In this document: positions 29,976 through 41,682 of the stretch, one piece after another
Layout of the letters: each line of letters opens with the position of its first letter
How positions within the stretch are numbered: the first letter of the stretch is position 1
Assembly: GCA_965215265.1 (NCBI GenBank)
Contig: OZ244048.1
Coordinates: 4,704,001-4,768,000 of the forward strand
Source of the DNA: Candidatus Poribacteria bacterium
Lineage (GTDB): Bacteria > Poribacteria > WGA-4E > WGA-3G
Direction of reading: 5' to 3'
Length of the DNA: 64,000 nt
Position numbers and translations under genes: made by a program
The notes under the pieces: generated by a model
Seen by the model: only the letters and a program-made list of their open reading frames with translations
Told to the model about the DNA's origin: nothing
The model's database searches: none

Positions 29976-31775
29976 ATGAACATTTCACCCATTGATTGGG
30001 CAATTATCATCGGCTATATCTGTTTCGCTTTAGGGCTTGGCATTTATTTTTCTAAGCGCGCTGGGCGAAGTATCACCGAATTTTTCGTCTCCGGACGCAA
30101 TTTACCGTGGTGGTTGGCAGGCACGTCTATGGTAGCGACAACGTTCGCTGCGGATACGCCATTAGCGGTTACCGGACTCGTTGTCAATGATGGTATTGCC
30201 GGCAATTGGCTCTGGTGGAACGCTGTATTGAGCGGGATGTTAGCAACGTTTCTATTCTCCCAACTCTGGCGCCGCGCCGACATCATAACAGACGTTGAGT
30301 TAACCGAACTCCGTTATTCAGGACCTTCCGCAAGCTTTCTTCGGGGTTTCCGGGCACTTTACATCGGCCTCCCTATTAACTGCATCACGATGGGTTGGGT
30401 CATCCTTGCCATGCAGAAAATAGTTGTACTCACCTTTGGGCTACCGGATACCGCCAACACAAAGTCGTTAGTGGTATTAGGCTGTCTATTGATTGCTGGC
30501 ATCTACTGTGCGCTCTCCGGCTTCTGGGGCGTTGTCATGACAGATCTTGTCCAGTTTGCGATGGCAATGGTGGGCTCGGTTGCTTTAGCAGGCATCGCTG
30601 TTAATAAGATTGGCGGGATTGGTGCACTAAAGGAGAAGCTGAGCGGTCTTTACGGTGCGGAGCATACTATCCTCAACTTCACGCCTAACTTCAACGCTGG
30701 TGAAATGGCAATTTTAACGTTTGGTGTCTATCTCGGTGTGCAGTGGTGGGCATCAAACGGTGTGGATGGAAGCGGCTATATTGCACAACGGATGTTCGCA
30801 GCAAAAAATGAACGACACACACTCCTCGCGACTTTATGGTTCAACATTGCCCATTATACGCTCCGTCCATGGCCGTGGATACTTGTCGCGTTAGTCGCAA
30901 TGGTTGTTTACCCTGGGCTTGGTAACCCTGAACACCTGAACCCTGCCTTGCGCGATGCTGAAGCCGGTTATCCGATGTTGATGCTTGCCTATCTTCCGAC
31001 AGGCCTGCTCGGCTTAATGCTAACAGCATTCTTGGCGGCGTTCATGTCAACAATTGACACGCATCTAAACTGGGGTGCATCTTACCTCGTCAATGACTTC
31101 TACAAACGCTTTTTCAAGCCAGCGGCACCAGCGAAGCATTATGTCGTGGCCTCGCGAATTGCTGTCGTACTCATCATGGTAGCAGCAGGCGGTGCCAGCC
31201 TGCTAATGGATTCTATCGCGGCCGCATGGAAATTCCTCATCGCTCTTAATGCTGGGATCGGGCTCGTGCAAATTCTACGGTGGTACTGGTGGCGTATTAA
31301 CGCCTGGTCTGAAATTTCAGCGATGGTGGCAGCCTTAGTCATTTCTATCGTTGTGTTTACGCTGCCCGCGACGAAAGGCGACGATAAATTCGCTATCCAG
31401 ATGCTAATTATCGTGCCTTCTTCCACAGTGACGTGGATAGTCGTGACGTTCTTGACTGCACCCGTTTCAAAAGAAACGTTGATCGGCTTCTACAAGCGAG
31501 TCAGACCCCGCTCTGGGCTCGCAATAGATGGATGGAAGCCGATTGTTAATGCGATAACGGCATCGACTGATAATACACACTTGCAACCTCCTATCAAACA
31601 AGGGGCACCGCCGTTACTCAATTGGGTTATCGGGGTGTTCTTTATCTATTCAACTCTATTCGGGTTTGGCAAACTTCTTTTAGGCTTTATTAGCACTGGA
31701 CTTATTTTTCTCACTATCGCAATCGTAACTGGAGCCATCATGTATAAAAATTTACCGAACCGGCAGGAGGGTTAA
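29976..31775 (+). CDS. Sodium:solute symporter family protein
   Basis: FFVSGRNLPWW, TTFAADTPL, QRMFAAKNE, AAFMST; many TM helices. Confidence 0.92.
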   Translation: MNISPIDWAIIIGYICFALGLGIYFSKRAGRSITEFFVSGRNLPWWLAGTSMVATTFAADTPLAVTGLVVNDGIAGNWLWWNAVLSGMLATFLFSQLWRRADIITDVELTELRYSGPSASFLRGFRALYIGLPINCITMGWVILAMQKIVVLTFGLPDTANTKSLVVLGCLLIAGIYCALSGFWGVVMTDLVQFAMAMVGSVALAGIAVNKIGGIGALKEKLSGLYGAEHTILNFTPNFNAGEMAILTFGVYLGVQWWASNGVDGSGYIAQRMFAAKNERHTLLATLWFNIAHYTLRPWPWILVALVAMVVYPGLGNPEHLNPALRDAEAGYPMLMLAYLPTGLLGLMLTAFLAAFMSTIDTHLNWGASYLVNDFYKRFFKPAAPAKHYVVASRIAVVLIMVAAGGASLLMDSIAAAWKFLIALNAGIGLVQILRWYWWRINAWSEISAMVAALVISIVVFTLPATKGDDKFAIQMLIIVPSSTVTWIVVTFLTAPVSKETLIGFYKRVRPRSGLAIDGWKPIVNAITASTDNTHLQPPIKQGAPPLLNWVIGVFFIYSTLFGFGKLLLGFISTGLIFLTIAIVTGAIMYKNLPNRQEG

Positions 31776-31778
31776 GAA

Positions 31779-32567
31779 TTGCACAATGATCCTTGCTTGC
31801 CAAGAACAAGTTTTCACGCTGTAGGGATTATTCCAGCCCGCTATGCCTCAAGTCGATTTGAAGGAAAACCTTTGGTCGAGCTCCTTGGGAAACCGATGGT
31901 TCAACATGTCTATGAACGTGCAGCACAGGCGAAAATGCTTGGCCGTGTCATCATTGCTACCGATGACCGTCGCATTTACGATGCTGTTAACGAATTCGGT
32001 GGAGATGTCTTTATGACTGGCGAATGCACAACTGGGACAGAACGCGTTGCTGTCGTCGCCAAACAACTTTCATGTGATATTGTCGCAAACATCCAAGGCG
32101 ATGAACCGCTGCTTGAACCAGCACAAATTGACCTGATGCTGCAACCGTTCATCGATAATCCGGCTGTACAGGTGTGTACCTTAAAACAGAAAGTTGATAC
32201 TGCAGCCGATTATTCGGACGTTAACGTCGTTAAAGTCGTCACGAATCTTGAAGGAGATGCGCTCTATTTTTCGCGTGCAGCCATACCCGGCAAGGTCACC
32301 GAGGCGACACTCCGTGCATCTCCGGTGTACCGGCATGTCGGACTGTACGCTTATCGCAAAAAACAACTTGAGGCCTTCGTACAGTGGGAACGGACGCCTT
32401 ATGAGAAGGCGGAAGGATTAGAGCAGCTGCGCTTTTTAGAAAACGGCACCCCGATTCATGTTGTTGAAACTGATGTACCACTTATCGGTGTCGATGTTCC
32501 TGCTGACCTGGAACGCGTGAAACAGATTTTAGAAAGGAGACGCGCCCGCTCTGACAGAGGGCAGTAA
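31779..32567 (+). CDS. kdsB: 3-deoxy-manno-octulosonate cytidylyltransferase
   Basis: IIPARYASSRFEGKPL, NIQGDEP, LYFSR, LEQLRFLE. Confidence 0.95.
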   Translation: MHNDPCLPRTSFHAVGIIPARYASSRFEGKPLVELLGKPMVQHVYERAAQAKMLGRVIIATDDRRIYDAVNEFGGDVFMTGECTTGTERVAVVAKQLSCDIVANIQGDEPLLEPAQIDLMLQPFIDNPAVQVCTLKQKVDTAADYSDVNVVKVVTNLEGDALYFSRAAIPGKVTEATLRASPVYRHVGLYAYRKKQLEAFVQWERTPYEKAEGLEQLRFLENGTPIHVVETDVPLIGVDVPADLERVKQILERRRARSDRGQ

Positions 32568-34196
<1,629 letters not shown>

Positions 34197-34326
34197 ATAA
34201 AAGGGTTGGCATCTCCCTGCCTGGACAAGAGATACGCACACGAGCCTTTGAAACGGGCAAACAAGTGCTAACGTTGCATGACGTAAACTTACAGAACATG
34301 CCAAAAACTGAAAATGGAGAATCATC

Positions 34327-35589
34327 ATGAAAAATATCACAACCGTCCATTCACGCGCGTGGTACGGCGATAAAGAACTCACCCTGCATTTCCCAGAAGG
34401 CTGGGAAATAGAGATGCTCGGACCGAAGGATGCGCCTGCACTTTCTGATGCGCAAATTGAACGTGCATTCGCGCAGCCCATTGGCACACCGCGTATCGCT
34501 GCGATGGCAAAAGGGAAAAGCAGGGCTGCTATTATCGTTGATGATTTGAGCCGGCCAACCCCGGCAGCGCGGGTTATTCCGTTTCTCATACGAGAACTAA
34601 CCGCTGCAGGCATTCCAAAGGCAGAAATTCGATTCGTTGTCGGAGGCGGCTCACACCGGCCACTCACCGACGAAGAAGTAGCGAAGAAAGTTGGAACGGA
34701 TATCGCTGCTGACTACGAGGTAACCAGCCACAACTTTATGAGCGGAGACCTTCGCGCATTGGGTAGCTTGGATAACGGCATGCCTATCTACATCAATCGC
34801 GTGGTGGCAGATGCTGACTTCAAAATCTGTTTGGGTGGCATCTATCCGCACGGCTCTGTCGGCTTTGGCGGGGGCGCGAAACTGATTGTACCAGGCGTTG
34901 CTGGTTTCGCTACCATGTTCTATTTCCATAGCTTCTCCCCAAGCCGTGGGCATGCCGTCATTGAAAGACGGAGTAGCGAACCGGATCATCGCGACTTCGC
35001 TGAAGCCGTCGCAACACGCCTGGGGCTTGATGTCATCGCCAACGTCGTACTCAACAGCCGGCGTGAAATCTGCGGACTGTTTGCCGGCGATTTTGTGCAG
35101 GCGCATCGCACAGGCGCACGGTTCGCCTTAGAGACTTACGGCACAGAAATTCCCGAAGCCTGCCGAAAAGAGACAGATTTGGTTGTGTTAAACTGCTACC
35201 CGCTTGATAGCGACCCGATTCAAACAGGGAAGGCACTCTGGGCACGTGCATACTTTGAGAAGGCCTACTCATTGGCGCTTAACCCTGCTACTGACGGCAT
35301 CTGCTACCACGGCCTGTTTGACCAGGTTGACTACGCACGTTTTCTACAGCAGCGGGAAGCGAAAACGGAGGCTGAACTTCCGGCACCACAACTCGGAACG
35401 CCACAGCAGCTGCACGTCTGGTCGGAGAACTTTTTAGTCGATGATTTCTACAAGAAGCATCAGGGTGCGCTACTCTTCCGTGACCTGCACGAACTGATTC
35501 AGTTATTTGCTGAGAAATTACCGTCAAACGCAAAAGTGGCTGTCTTACCTGCTGCAGGAATTCAGGTACTCGCCAAGGAAAACGATTAA
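34327..35589 (+). CDS. LarA-family (lactate racemase/DUF2088) nickel-pincer-dependent isomerase
   Basis: IVDDLSRPTP, GGGSHRP, YPHGSVGFGGGAK. Confidence 0.85.
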   Translation: MKNITTVHSRAWYGDKELTLHFPEGWEIEMLGPKDAPALSDAQIERAFAQPIGTPRIAAMAKGKSRAAIIVDDLSRPTPAARVIPFLIRELTAAGIPKAEIRFVVGGGSHRPLTDEEVAKKVGTDIAADYEVTSHNFMSGDLRALGSLDNGMPIYINRVVADADFKICLGGIYPHGSVGFGGGAKLIVPGVAGFATMFYFHSFSPSRGHAVIERRSSEPDHRDFAEAVATRLGLDVIANVVLNSRREICGLFAGDFVQAHRTGARFALETYGTEIPEACRKETDLVVLNCYPLDSDPIQTGKALWARAYFEKAYSLALNPATDGICYHGLFDQVDYARFLQQREAKTEAELPAPQLGTPQQLHVWSENFLVDDFYKKHQGALLFRDLHELIQLFAEKLPSNAKVAVLPAAGIQVLAKEND

Positions 35590-35624
35590 CGGAATCACCA
35601 CACCGGAGCAGCTGATATTTTGAA

Positions 35625-36056
35625 ATGTTTTCTAACACTCAGGTTTCTTCAGAGAACGGACATGAAGCTGTGAAGACAGTAAGCTCCGCCAACAAAAATC
35701 AGGAACGGCAACATGAGGCAAATCCTGCCCTTTTCGATGTGCTTGAACTTGATGCACCATTGACACAAAGTCTCAAGTATACTGGATCCAAACTCAAGCT
35801 CATCCCGCAGATCCTGCGGCTCGTAAAGAGAGTTGACGCGCAAACCGTTTTAGACGGCTTTTCAGGGACAACGCGCGTCTCGCAGGCACTCGCTAAATGT
35901 GGCTATACTGTTCTCTTACATAATACGCGTAAACTGGATGCGATTCGGGAGGGAATTGAGGTACTTAAACTGAATACAGTTGAGAAAGCTGTGGTCCTGA
36001 CGAGTCTGATGCTGGCCCTTAACCGGGTGGACACACGACTAGTTAAAAGAGACTGA
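35625..36056 (+). pseudogene. Truncated, internally deleted adenine-specific DNA methylase (D12 class)
   Basis: KYTGSKLKL and VLDGFSGTTRVS (motif I) run straight into NTRKLDAIRE...LTSLMLAL. Ends at 143 aa with no DPPY. Confidence 0.75.
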
Positions 36057-36164
36057 ACAACCTAACAAGGAATTCTTGTTCTTACTTGACAAAACAACAA
36101 ACCTTTAAATTATGTCGCATCCAAATTGTAGGCCGCGCTGACGGTGTGGCATCATAAATGCTAT

Positions 36165-36764
36165 ATGAAAATGCTTAAACGACTTAATGCGTACCTCGGT
36201 CAGATTGAAACAGGCTTGCTGTGCCTCATCGTCGCAATGATGATAGCACTCGCAATGCTCAAAATTGTCTTGCGCTATGTTTTCCAGACCAGCCTTTTGT
36301 GGAGCGACGTGATGCTCCAGCATTTGACGTTGTGGCTCTGCTTTCTCGGTGCTGCACGTGCTACTTGTGAAAAACGGCACATCAGCATAGACATCCTTAG
36401 CCGGCTCATGCCCGCCAGAATCACGCGTTGGAGCACCCTCATTGTGGAGAGTCTCAGTCTCATCGTTGTCGGCATCTTAGCCTACTACGGCTTTGTATTT
36501 CTTGCAGACGAACGGTTAAGCCCGGCAGTGCTAATTGGCAGCATCCCCTTGTGGTGGGCGAAAACGATTATTCCGTTCGGGTTTGTCCTAATCGGAATTC
36601 ATCTAATACTCCATTTAGGTTTAGGGTTTACAGGAAGAACTCACATGACAGAAACAGCGCCTGCTAAGACGTTGACAGACGAAGCCCCCGATGGTGAAAA
36701 TCCGGACTTACAGCAGATAGATGAAACATCTAAAAAAGGAGAAAAGCAGACATGGGATTGTTAA
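36165..36764 (+). CDS. TRAP transporter small permease (DctQ)
   Basis: 4 TM, IVLRY, LWLCFLGA, HISIDIL. Confidence 0.88.
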   Translation: MKMLKRLNAYLGQIETGLLCLIVAMMIALAMLKIVLRYVFQTSLLWSDVMLQHLTLWLCFLGAARATCEKRHISIDILSRLMPARITRWSTLIVESLSLIVVGILAYYGFVFLADERLSPAVLIGSIPLWWAKTIIPFGFVLIGIHLILHLGLGFTGRTHMTETAPAKTLTDEAPDGENPDLQQIDETSKKGEKQTWDC

Positions 36765-38038
36765 TTGGAGTCGGGTTGGTACTTTTTGCGCTCCTCGGCG
36801 GTGCGCTGTTTGTCTTACTCGGTGCAGCAACGATTATCGGCTACGCGACAGCAGGCGAACCGATTTCCACAGTGCTCATCGATCTAAACCGCCTCACCAA
36901 GAATCCGACGATTCTGATCATTCCGCTTTTTACCTTTGCAGGGTATATCATCGCAGCAGGCAATGCCCCGCAGCGACTGATTGCCTTTGCACGCGCCACT
37001 GTCGGATGGCTACCCGGTGGAATAGCCGTTGTTGTTCTCGGTACCTGCGCGTTTTTTACAACCTTCACCGGTGCATCCGGCATCACCATCATCGCACTCG
37101 GCGGCTTGCTCTACCCTATCCTCCGGCAAAATTATAGTGAACGATTCTCGCTCGGCTTAGTGACAGCGTCCGGGAGCATCGGCCTGCTATTCTTTCCGAG
37201 TATTCCGCTCATCCTTTACGCGATTATCGCGCAGGTGAACATCAACCGGATGTTCCTCGCTGGCATCATACCCGGCCTCCTCATCTTGGGAATTCTCAGC
37301 ATTTACTGCTGTGCTTGGAGTCTTATCAAACGTTCTGAAACCACCCAGCTTAACCTCTCCGAAATCTCCCGAACCTTATGGGCAGCAAAATGGGAACTAC
37401 TTCTACCTCTTCTATTGCTAAGCGGAATTATCTCCGGCACCGTTACCCTCGACGAAGCCGCCGCTCTCACAGTCATCTACGCACTCATCGTAGAAATCGG
37501 CATACACCGCTCCATTTCACTCAGAGACTTCCCACATATTGTCAAAGAGAGCATGTTATTAGTCGGTGCAATCCTGATTATCCTCGGCATCGCTTTAGGA
37601 TTGACAAACTATCTCATCACACTTGACGTACCCACAAGCGTGCTCGAGTGGATGCAAGCGAAAACGGACAGCCGCTTGATGATGCTGATCGGACTCAACA
37701 TCTTCCTGCTCGTTGTCGGCTGTTTGATGGACATTTTTTCTGCTATCATCATCGTTGTACCATTGTTGCTGCCACTCGCTGAGGAATTCGGGATTGACAA
37801 AGCCCACCTCGGCATCATCGTTTTGACAAATCTTGAGATTGGATACTTAACACCACCAGTCGGAATGAACCTATTTATCTCAAGTCTGAAATTTGAGCGG
37901 CCGGTTGTAATACTCTACCGTTCGGTGCTGCTGTTCATCGGATTGCTGCTGATAGCGCTCATCCTCGTAACCTACCTACCACAGTTAAGCCTCTGGCTCC
38001 CTCAGCTATTCGGTGAGACCCCGGCACCCTTGCTGTGA
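36752..38038 (+). CDS. TRAP transporter large permease (DctM)
   Basis: IPLFTFAG, FPSIPLILY, GYLTPPVGMNLF. Confidence 0.92.
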   Translation: MGLLIGVGLVLFALLGGALFVLLGAATIIGYATAGEPISTVLIDLNRLTKNPTILIIPLFTFAGYIIAAGNAPQRLIAFARATVGWLPGGIAVVVLGTCAFFTTFTGASGITIIALGGLLYPILRQNYSERFSLGLVTASGSIGLLFFPSIPLILYAIIAQVNINRMFLAGIIPGLLILGILSIYCCAWSLIKRSETTQLNLSEISRTLWAAKWELLLPLLLLSGIISGTVTLDEAAALTVIYALIVEIGIHRSISLRDFPHIVKESMLLVGAILIILGIALGLTNYLITLDVPTSVLEWMQAKTDSRLMMLIGLNIFLLVVGCLMDIFSAIIIVVPLLLPLAEEFGIDKAHLGIIVLTNLEIGYLTPPVGMNLFISSLKFERPVVILYRSVLLFIGLLLIALILVTYLPQLSLWLPQLFGETPAPLL

Positions 38039-38150
38039 ACTAGAGTGCCAGCATCTTCTGCTCTTAATAGGCAAACTTTCTAGCGCTGTGCCAGTGATAC
38101 TGCTGTTTATTTGGAGTGCTGATAGATAGATAGGAATAAGACGGACAAAT

Positions 38151-38170
38151 GGGCGACGGCAGTGTCGCCC
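38151..38170. terminator. Hairpin between convergent genes
   Basis: gggcgac-ggcagt-gtcgccc. Confidence 0.55.
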
Positions 38171-38196
38171 AACGTTTTATGTTATGAAAATTGATA

Positions 38197-38991
38197 TTAC
38201 TTGATAGATTTCAATTCACCCCACATAACGCTTAATTTTTCCGTGGGTTCAACTGCCAAACTGATATCCATCATCTCCCGAATCTCTTTTACGTCTAATG
38301 CGCGTTGCCAAAACGAAATTTCGTCAATGATACCTTCTGCACCGTTTGTCAGCGCAATGTACTGGATGGTTTCCCACCCGAACCGCGGTTTTTCGTGCAA
38401 TGCGGGGAAACCGCCCGTGATTTTCCGGCTCGTCGCCTGCTCTTTGCCATCAATATATACGAAGGGTGCCTCACCTGCAAAATCCCACGTCGCAGCGCAA
38501 TGAAACCACTCTTCCTCCTTAATAATGCCTGTCGGATCGAATTCCACATCTTGCCAATCGCCATCGTCGGCTGCTTCAAAATAGAATCCGAATTCTGCGG
38601 GCGTGATATCCGCATGCGCACTACCTTTGCCGATAAAGAAATAGATAGGACCGAAACTTGCATCAAAAAGTCGGTAATCTTCGTCACTTTTACCGTCCCA
38701 ATCCGGTCTGAACCAGAACAGCACGCTTCCGGCTTCCGTGATAACGTTCGGTACTTCAAGGAAACTTTCTTTCCCACGCAACGCGATGCCGGACGCGTAT
38801 TTACCCGCGCCAGCAACCCATTTTGCGTTACCACCAAAGGTACCATCATTGCCATTTCCGGTACCGTCAACCGCTGTAGCGCCACGCCCTTCGCCAATCC
38901 ATAAGAGCAGATCTTTATCATTCGGAACTTGAGATAATGCCGGCGCGATGCACATCAGGCTAATCAGTAAAATCAAAGAGAGATATTTCAC
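38197..38991 (-). CDS. Secreted LamG/concanavalin-like domain protein
   Basis: Signal peptide, DGTGNGNDG, WFHCAATWD, VYIDG, GIIDEI; tail AVEPTEKLSVMWGELK. Confidence 0.88.
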   Translation of the reverse strand: MKYLSLILLISLMCIAPALSQVPNDKDLLLWIGEGRGATAVDGTGNGNDGTFGGNAKWVAGAGKYASGIALRGKESFLEVPNVITEAGSVLFWFRPDWDGKSDEDYRLFDASFGPIYFFIGKGSAHADITPAEFGFYFEAADDGDWQDVEFDPTGIIKEEEWFHCAATWDFAGEAPFVYIDGKEQATSRKITGGFPALHEKPRFGWETIQYIALTNGAEGIIDEISFWQRALDVKEIREMMDISLAVEPTEKLSVMWGELKSIK

Positions 38992-39174
38992 AAGTTTTAC
39001 CTCCTCAAAGTTTTAAGTTACGGATATTTTAACAGAATTTGGAAATTAGGTCAACTTTCGGGCGGGGCATCTGCACAATTTTTCGCGGAGGTACACTTGA
39101 ATCGCACAATATAGGATGAGACATCTGATGGTGGAGAACGCGATTAATGGGGTACCCGCATCTGCTCGCTATCT

Positions 39175-39384
39175 CTATTCTGTCGCCGGCAATGCATCTT
39201 CGGCGGGTTTCACGTTTTGTAAAGGGTACAAACGTCTCCGTGTAGAAACGGATGTATGGCGGAGTTTCGGCCGTCTGCGGAATTGCGGCAGCGGTTCCGG
39301 TGGTTCGTAACTCACATGGATGGGCCGCTGACCCACGGATTGTTCAATAACTTCTGACTGGATTTCCGTTTGCTGTTCTTTCAT
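39175..39384 (-). CDS. Small hypothetical protein (69 aa, acidic N-terminus, Pro/Arg-rich)
   Basis: GGAG RBS 6 nt before ATG; starts 21 bp after the 2TM gene on the same strand. Confidence 0.45.
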   Translation of the reverse strand: MKEQQTEIQSEVIEQSVGQRPIHVSYEPPEPLPQFRRRPKLRHTSVSTRRRLYPLQNVKPAEDALPATE

Positions 39385-39405
39385 AGCAACTCCAAAATTT
39401 GACCT

Positions 39406-39984
39406 TTATAAAATCATATCTCCCATTTGCTGATTCAGTTTTTTCTGAACCTTCGTTCGCCGCTTCCGCGTCAAAAGTATATCATCCTTCAACATTTGCG
39501 AACCAACCAGTAACCACTCTCTATACAACTCAAACGTGGTTTTGAACTGTTCCAGCGAAAAATCCGGATCAATTTCCATCTCATAAATGAACCGTTCCAA
39601 ATTGAGCCTTAAACTTTTGAAGTACTGTAAATTGTGACTTAAATCCGTTAACCGGTCGGAAATTTTGAGGATGACGTGCAAAAGCGCTAAGAAAGCAGCA
39701 GTCCCAGCAACGGCGAGCCATATTAATTTCTCTATATTGAGATTATACGGTGATGCCGTGTTCAAGCCAGCTACCTCACCTATGGGAACATCCCATGCCG
39801 CCCAACCCAGTATAACAGAGGCAATGGTGGTGAGCGTTACCATGCTTTTGATAAACCCATCAACCGGGCGCCACGCTTGCACTACTGAGGTGAGTAGGCT
39901 CTCTGCATAGGCCACACGATAGAAGGTTTCAGCAGCTGTCCGCCAGAGGAGTTCTTTTTGGTACTCTTCAACATTTTTATCCAT
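39406..39984 (-). CDS. Two-TM membrane protein, SLATT-like architecture
   Basis: N-terminal helix, two hydrophobic segments (VTLTTIASVILGWAAW; LIWLAVAGTAAFLALLHVIL), helical charged C-terminus. Confidence 0.6.
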   Translation of the reverse strand: MDKNVEEYQKELLWRTAAETFYRVAYAESLLTSVVQAWRPVDGFIKSMVTLTTIASVILGWAAWDVPIGEVAGLNTASPYNLNIEKLIWLAVAGTAAFLALLHVILKISDRLTDLSHNLQYFKSLRLNLERFIYEMEIDPDFSLEQFKTTFELYREWLLVGSQMLKDDILLTRKRRTKVQKKLNQQMGDMIL

Positions 39985-40219
39985 AGTCGACCCAGTGGGT
40001 GGCAGGTAAAAGGTTATCTTATCTCTCCTGAAAGGAGAGATAAAGAATACCTATCCTGCCACTTTTCAATCCTTGCTAGGAGTCTACTCTTGTCTAATTT
40101 AACGAAAGAATCTGATATCGGTAACAAATTATTTGAAGAGTATGCCCATAAAGAGAGGTAAGGTGAACCCAAAGGTGCATACCATCGGTTTTCTGTCTCA
40201 GGCTGTCGGAGTAAATTCC

Positions 40220-40870
40220 TTAGCGCGATGCTCCTTGCACAAAACTTGAATCGTGCTGCCTATCATCCTGTACCCTCAGGCATCCCTGCACAACATCCCG
40301 GTAAACATCTAAACCTGGCACCGTCAATCCTTTGAGTTTCGCTAGGTCGTCCCATCGCCGCAACATTAGGGCATCCTCGAAGTATGGGAGCCGTTCAAAC
40401 CTTCGCTGCGCCTCAGTATCCATGATACCTCCTTGGAGCTGGAAACTCCTTTTTGAGGCATCGGATAAATCTTCATAATACGTGGCATCAGTTGTGCAAA
40501 GATACCTTTTTGCGGGTACATGCAACCGCATCGGCATTGTAACGGCTTCTGGAAAAAACGGCTCTAGATACGTCGCGCCGATCTCTTCGTGATTCTGATC
40601 TGTGTGCAAAAAGTCGTTATGGGCGTTGTGTTCCTCTAAAAGAAAATGCCCAATATCGTGCAGCAATGCACTCGTAATCTGCGTTGGACCTGCGCGATTT
40701 ATTTGGGCTTGGTTCGCGCACTGGAGCGCATGTTCCAACTGTGTGACGACCTCGTCGTAAAACGACTGCCCTTTCCGTTCCATATACTCGAAAAGTATGC
40801 GAACCTGCTCTTCTGCCTTTGCTCCTGACATCTCTGCGGCGAGGCTCGCCTCAACGTTATGCTTGATCAT
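40220..40870 (-). CDS. phnZ: PhnZ-like HD-domain di-iron oxygenase (oxidative C-P cleavage)
   Basis: VTQLEHALQ, LLHDIGH, HEEIGA, LHVPAKRYL, LSDASKRSFQLQGG, LRRWDDLAK. Confidence 0.8.
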   Translation of the reverse strand: MIKHNVEASLAAEMSGAKAEEQVRILFEYMERKGQSFYDEVVTQLEHALQCANQAQINRAGPTQITSALLHDIGHFLLEEHNAHNDFLHTDQNHEEIGATYLEPFFPEAVTMPMRLHVPAKRYLCTTDATYYEDLSDASKRSFQLQGGIMDTEAQRRFERLPYFEDALMLRRWDDLAKLKGLTVPGLDVYRDVVQGCLRVQDDRQHDSSFVQGASR

Positions 40871-41682
40871 TTTAAGACTGTTCTCCCTTGGAAGTGTGAA
40901 ATTTTACTGATTTGACCTGCTCTGTCAGAACCGTCGTTTAGCGCCGCTAAAAAAGCGCTTCGCTTCTCTTGGTAGTACTTCTCACGCCAATTCCCTTGTG
41001 AAAGCGCGTTGTAGGTGAGATAGATGATGCGCCTAGAACGGTTCGAACGGTTTGAACCGCTCTTGTGTGGTATGTAAGAACCGAAGAGCAGAATATCCCC
41101 AGGCTCTGTCGGTACAGCATGCCACTCCATTTCCGAGGCAGTCTCCGGTGCCACACAACCGTTTTCATCTAGCGCGATGAAACCTTCTTCATGTCGCCCC
41201 GGTGCAAAATAGAGACAACCATTCTCCGGCGTGGCAGCATCAACCGAAATCAGACAGGTAATATGGAAGGTGACGAATTCGTACGCGGATGCATCCTGGT
41301 GCGCAGCGTAACCACCGCCACCCGGATACTTGTAATTGATTTTCTCTTTGTACAGCACCGCCGGTTCGCCCATCAACGCCGATACAACTTTTAACGCCCT
41401 GCCTCGCGTCACGGTACGGTTCATACCGGCGTGATACGGAACAAAATTCTCTGAACGCGAAAGTCTTGGACCTTCCGGGGTCGATTCAAAATGGTGCATC
41501 CATTTATCTTCGGTTGGCGGCCACGCCGCAATTTGAGCCGTCCAATTCTGCAGTGCAGCTACCTCCTCATCTGAATAGAATCCCGAAATTTTCAGGTAGC
41601 CATTCGCTTTCCAATCTCTCTGATGCAGCGGGCTTATTGAAAACGCATTCGCGGACTCCAAATATTTCTCTTTAGACATCAT
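40867..41682 (-). CDS. PhnY-like Fe/2-oxoglutarate dioxygenase (PhyH family)
   Basis: ENFVPYH, LYKEKINYKYPGGGGYAAHQD, distal His (IPHKS). Overlaps the phnZ start by 4 bp. Confidence 0.82.
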   Translation of the reverse strand: MMSKEKYLESANAFSISPLHQRDWKANGYLKISGFYSDEEVAALQNWTAQIAAWPPTEDKWMHHFESTPEGPRLSRSENFVPYHAGMNRTVTRGRALKVVSALMGEPAVLYKEKINYKYPGGGGYAAHQDASAYEFVTFHITCLISVDAATPENGCLYFAPGRHEEGFIALDENGCVAPETASEMEWHAVPTEPGDILLFGSYIPHKSGSNRSNRSRRIIYLTYNALSQGNWREKYYQEKRSAFLAALNDGSDRAGQISKISHFQGRTVLK

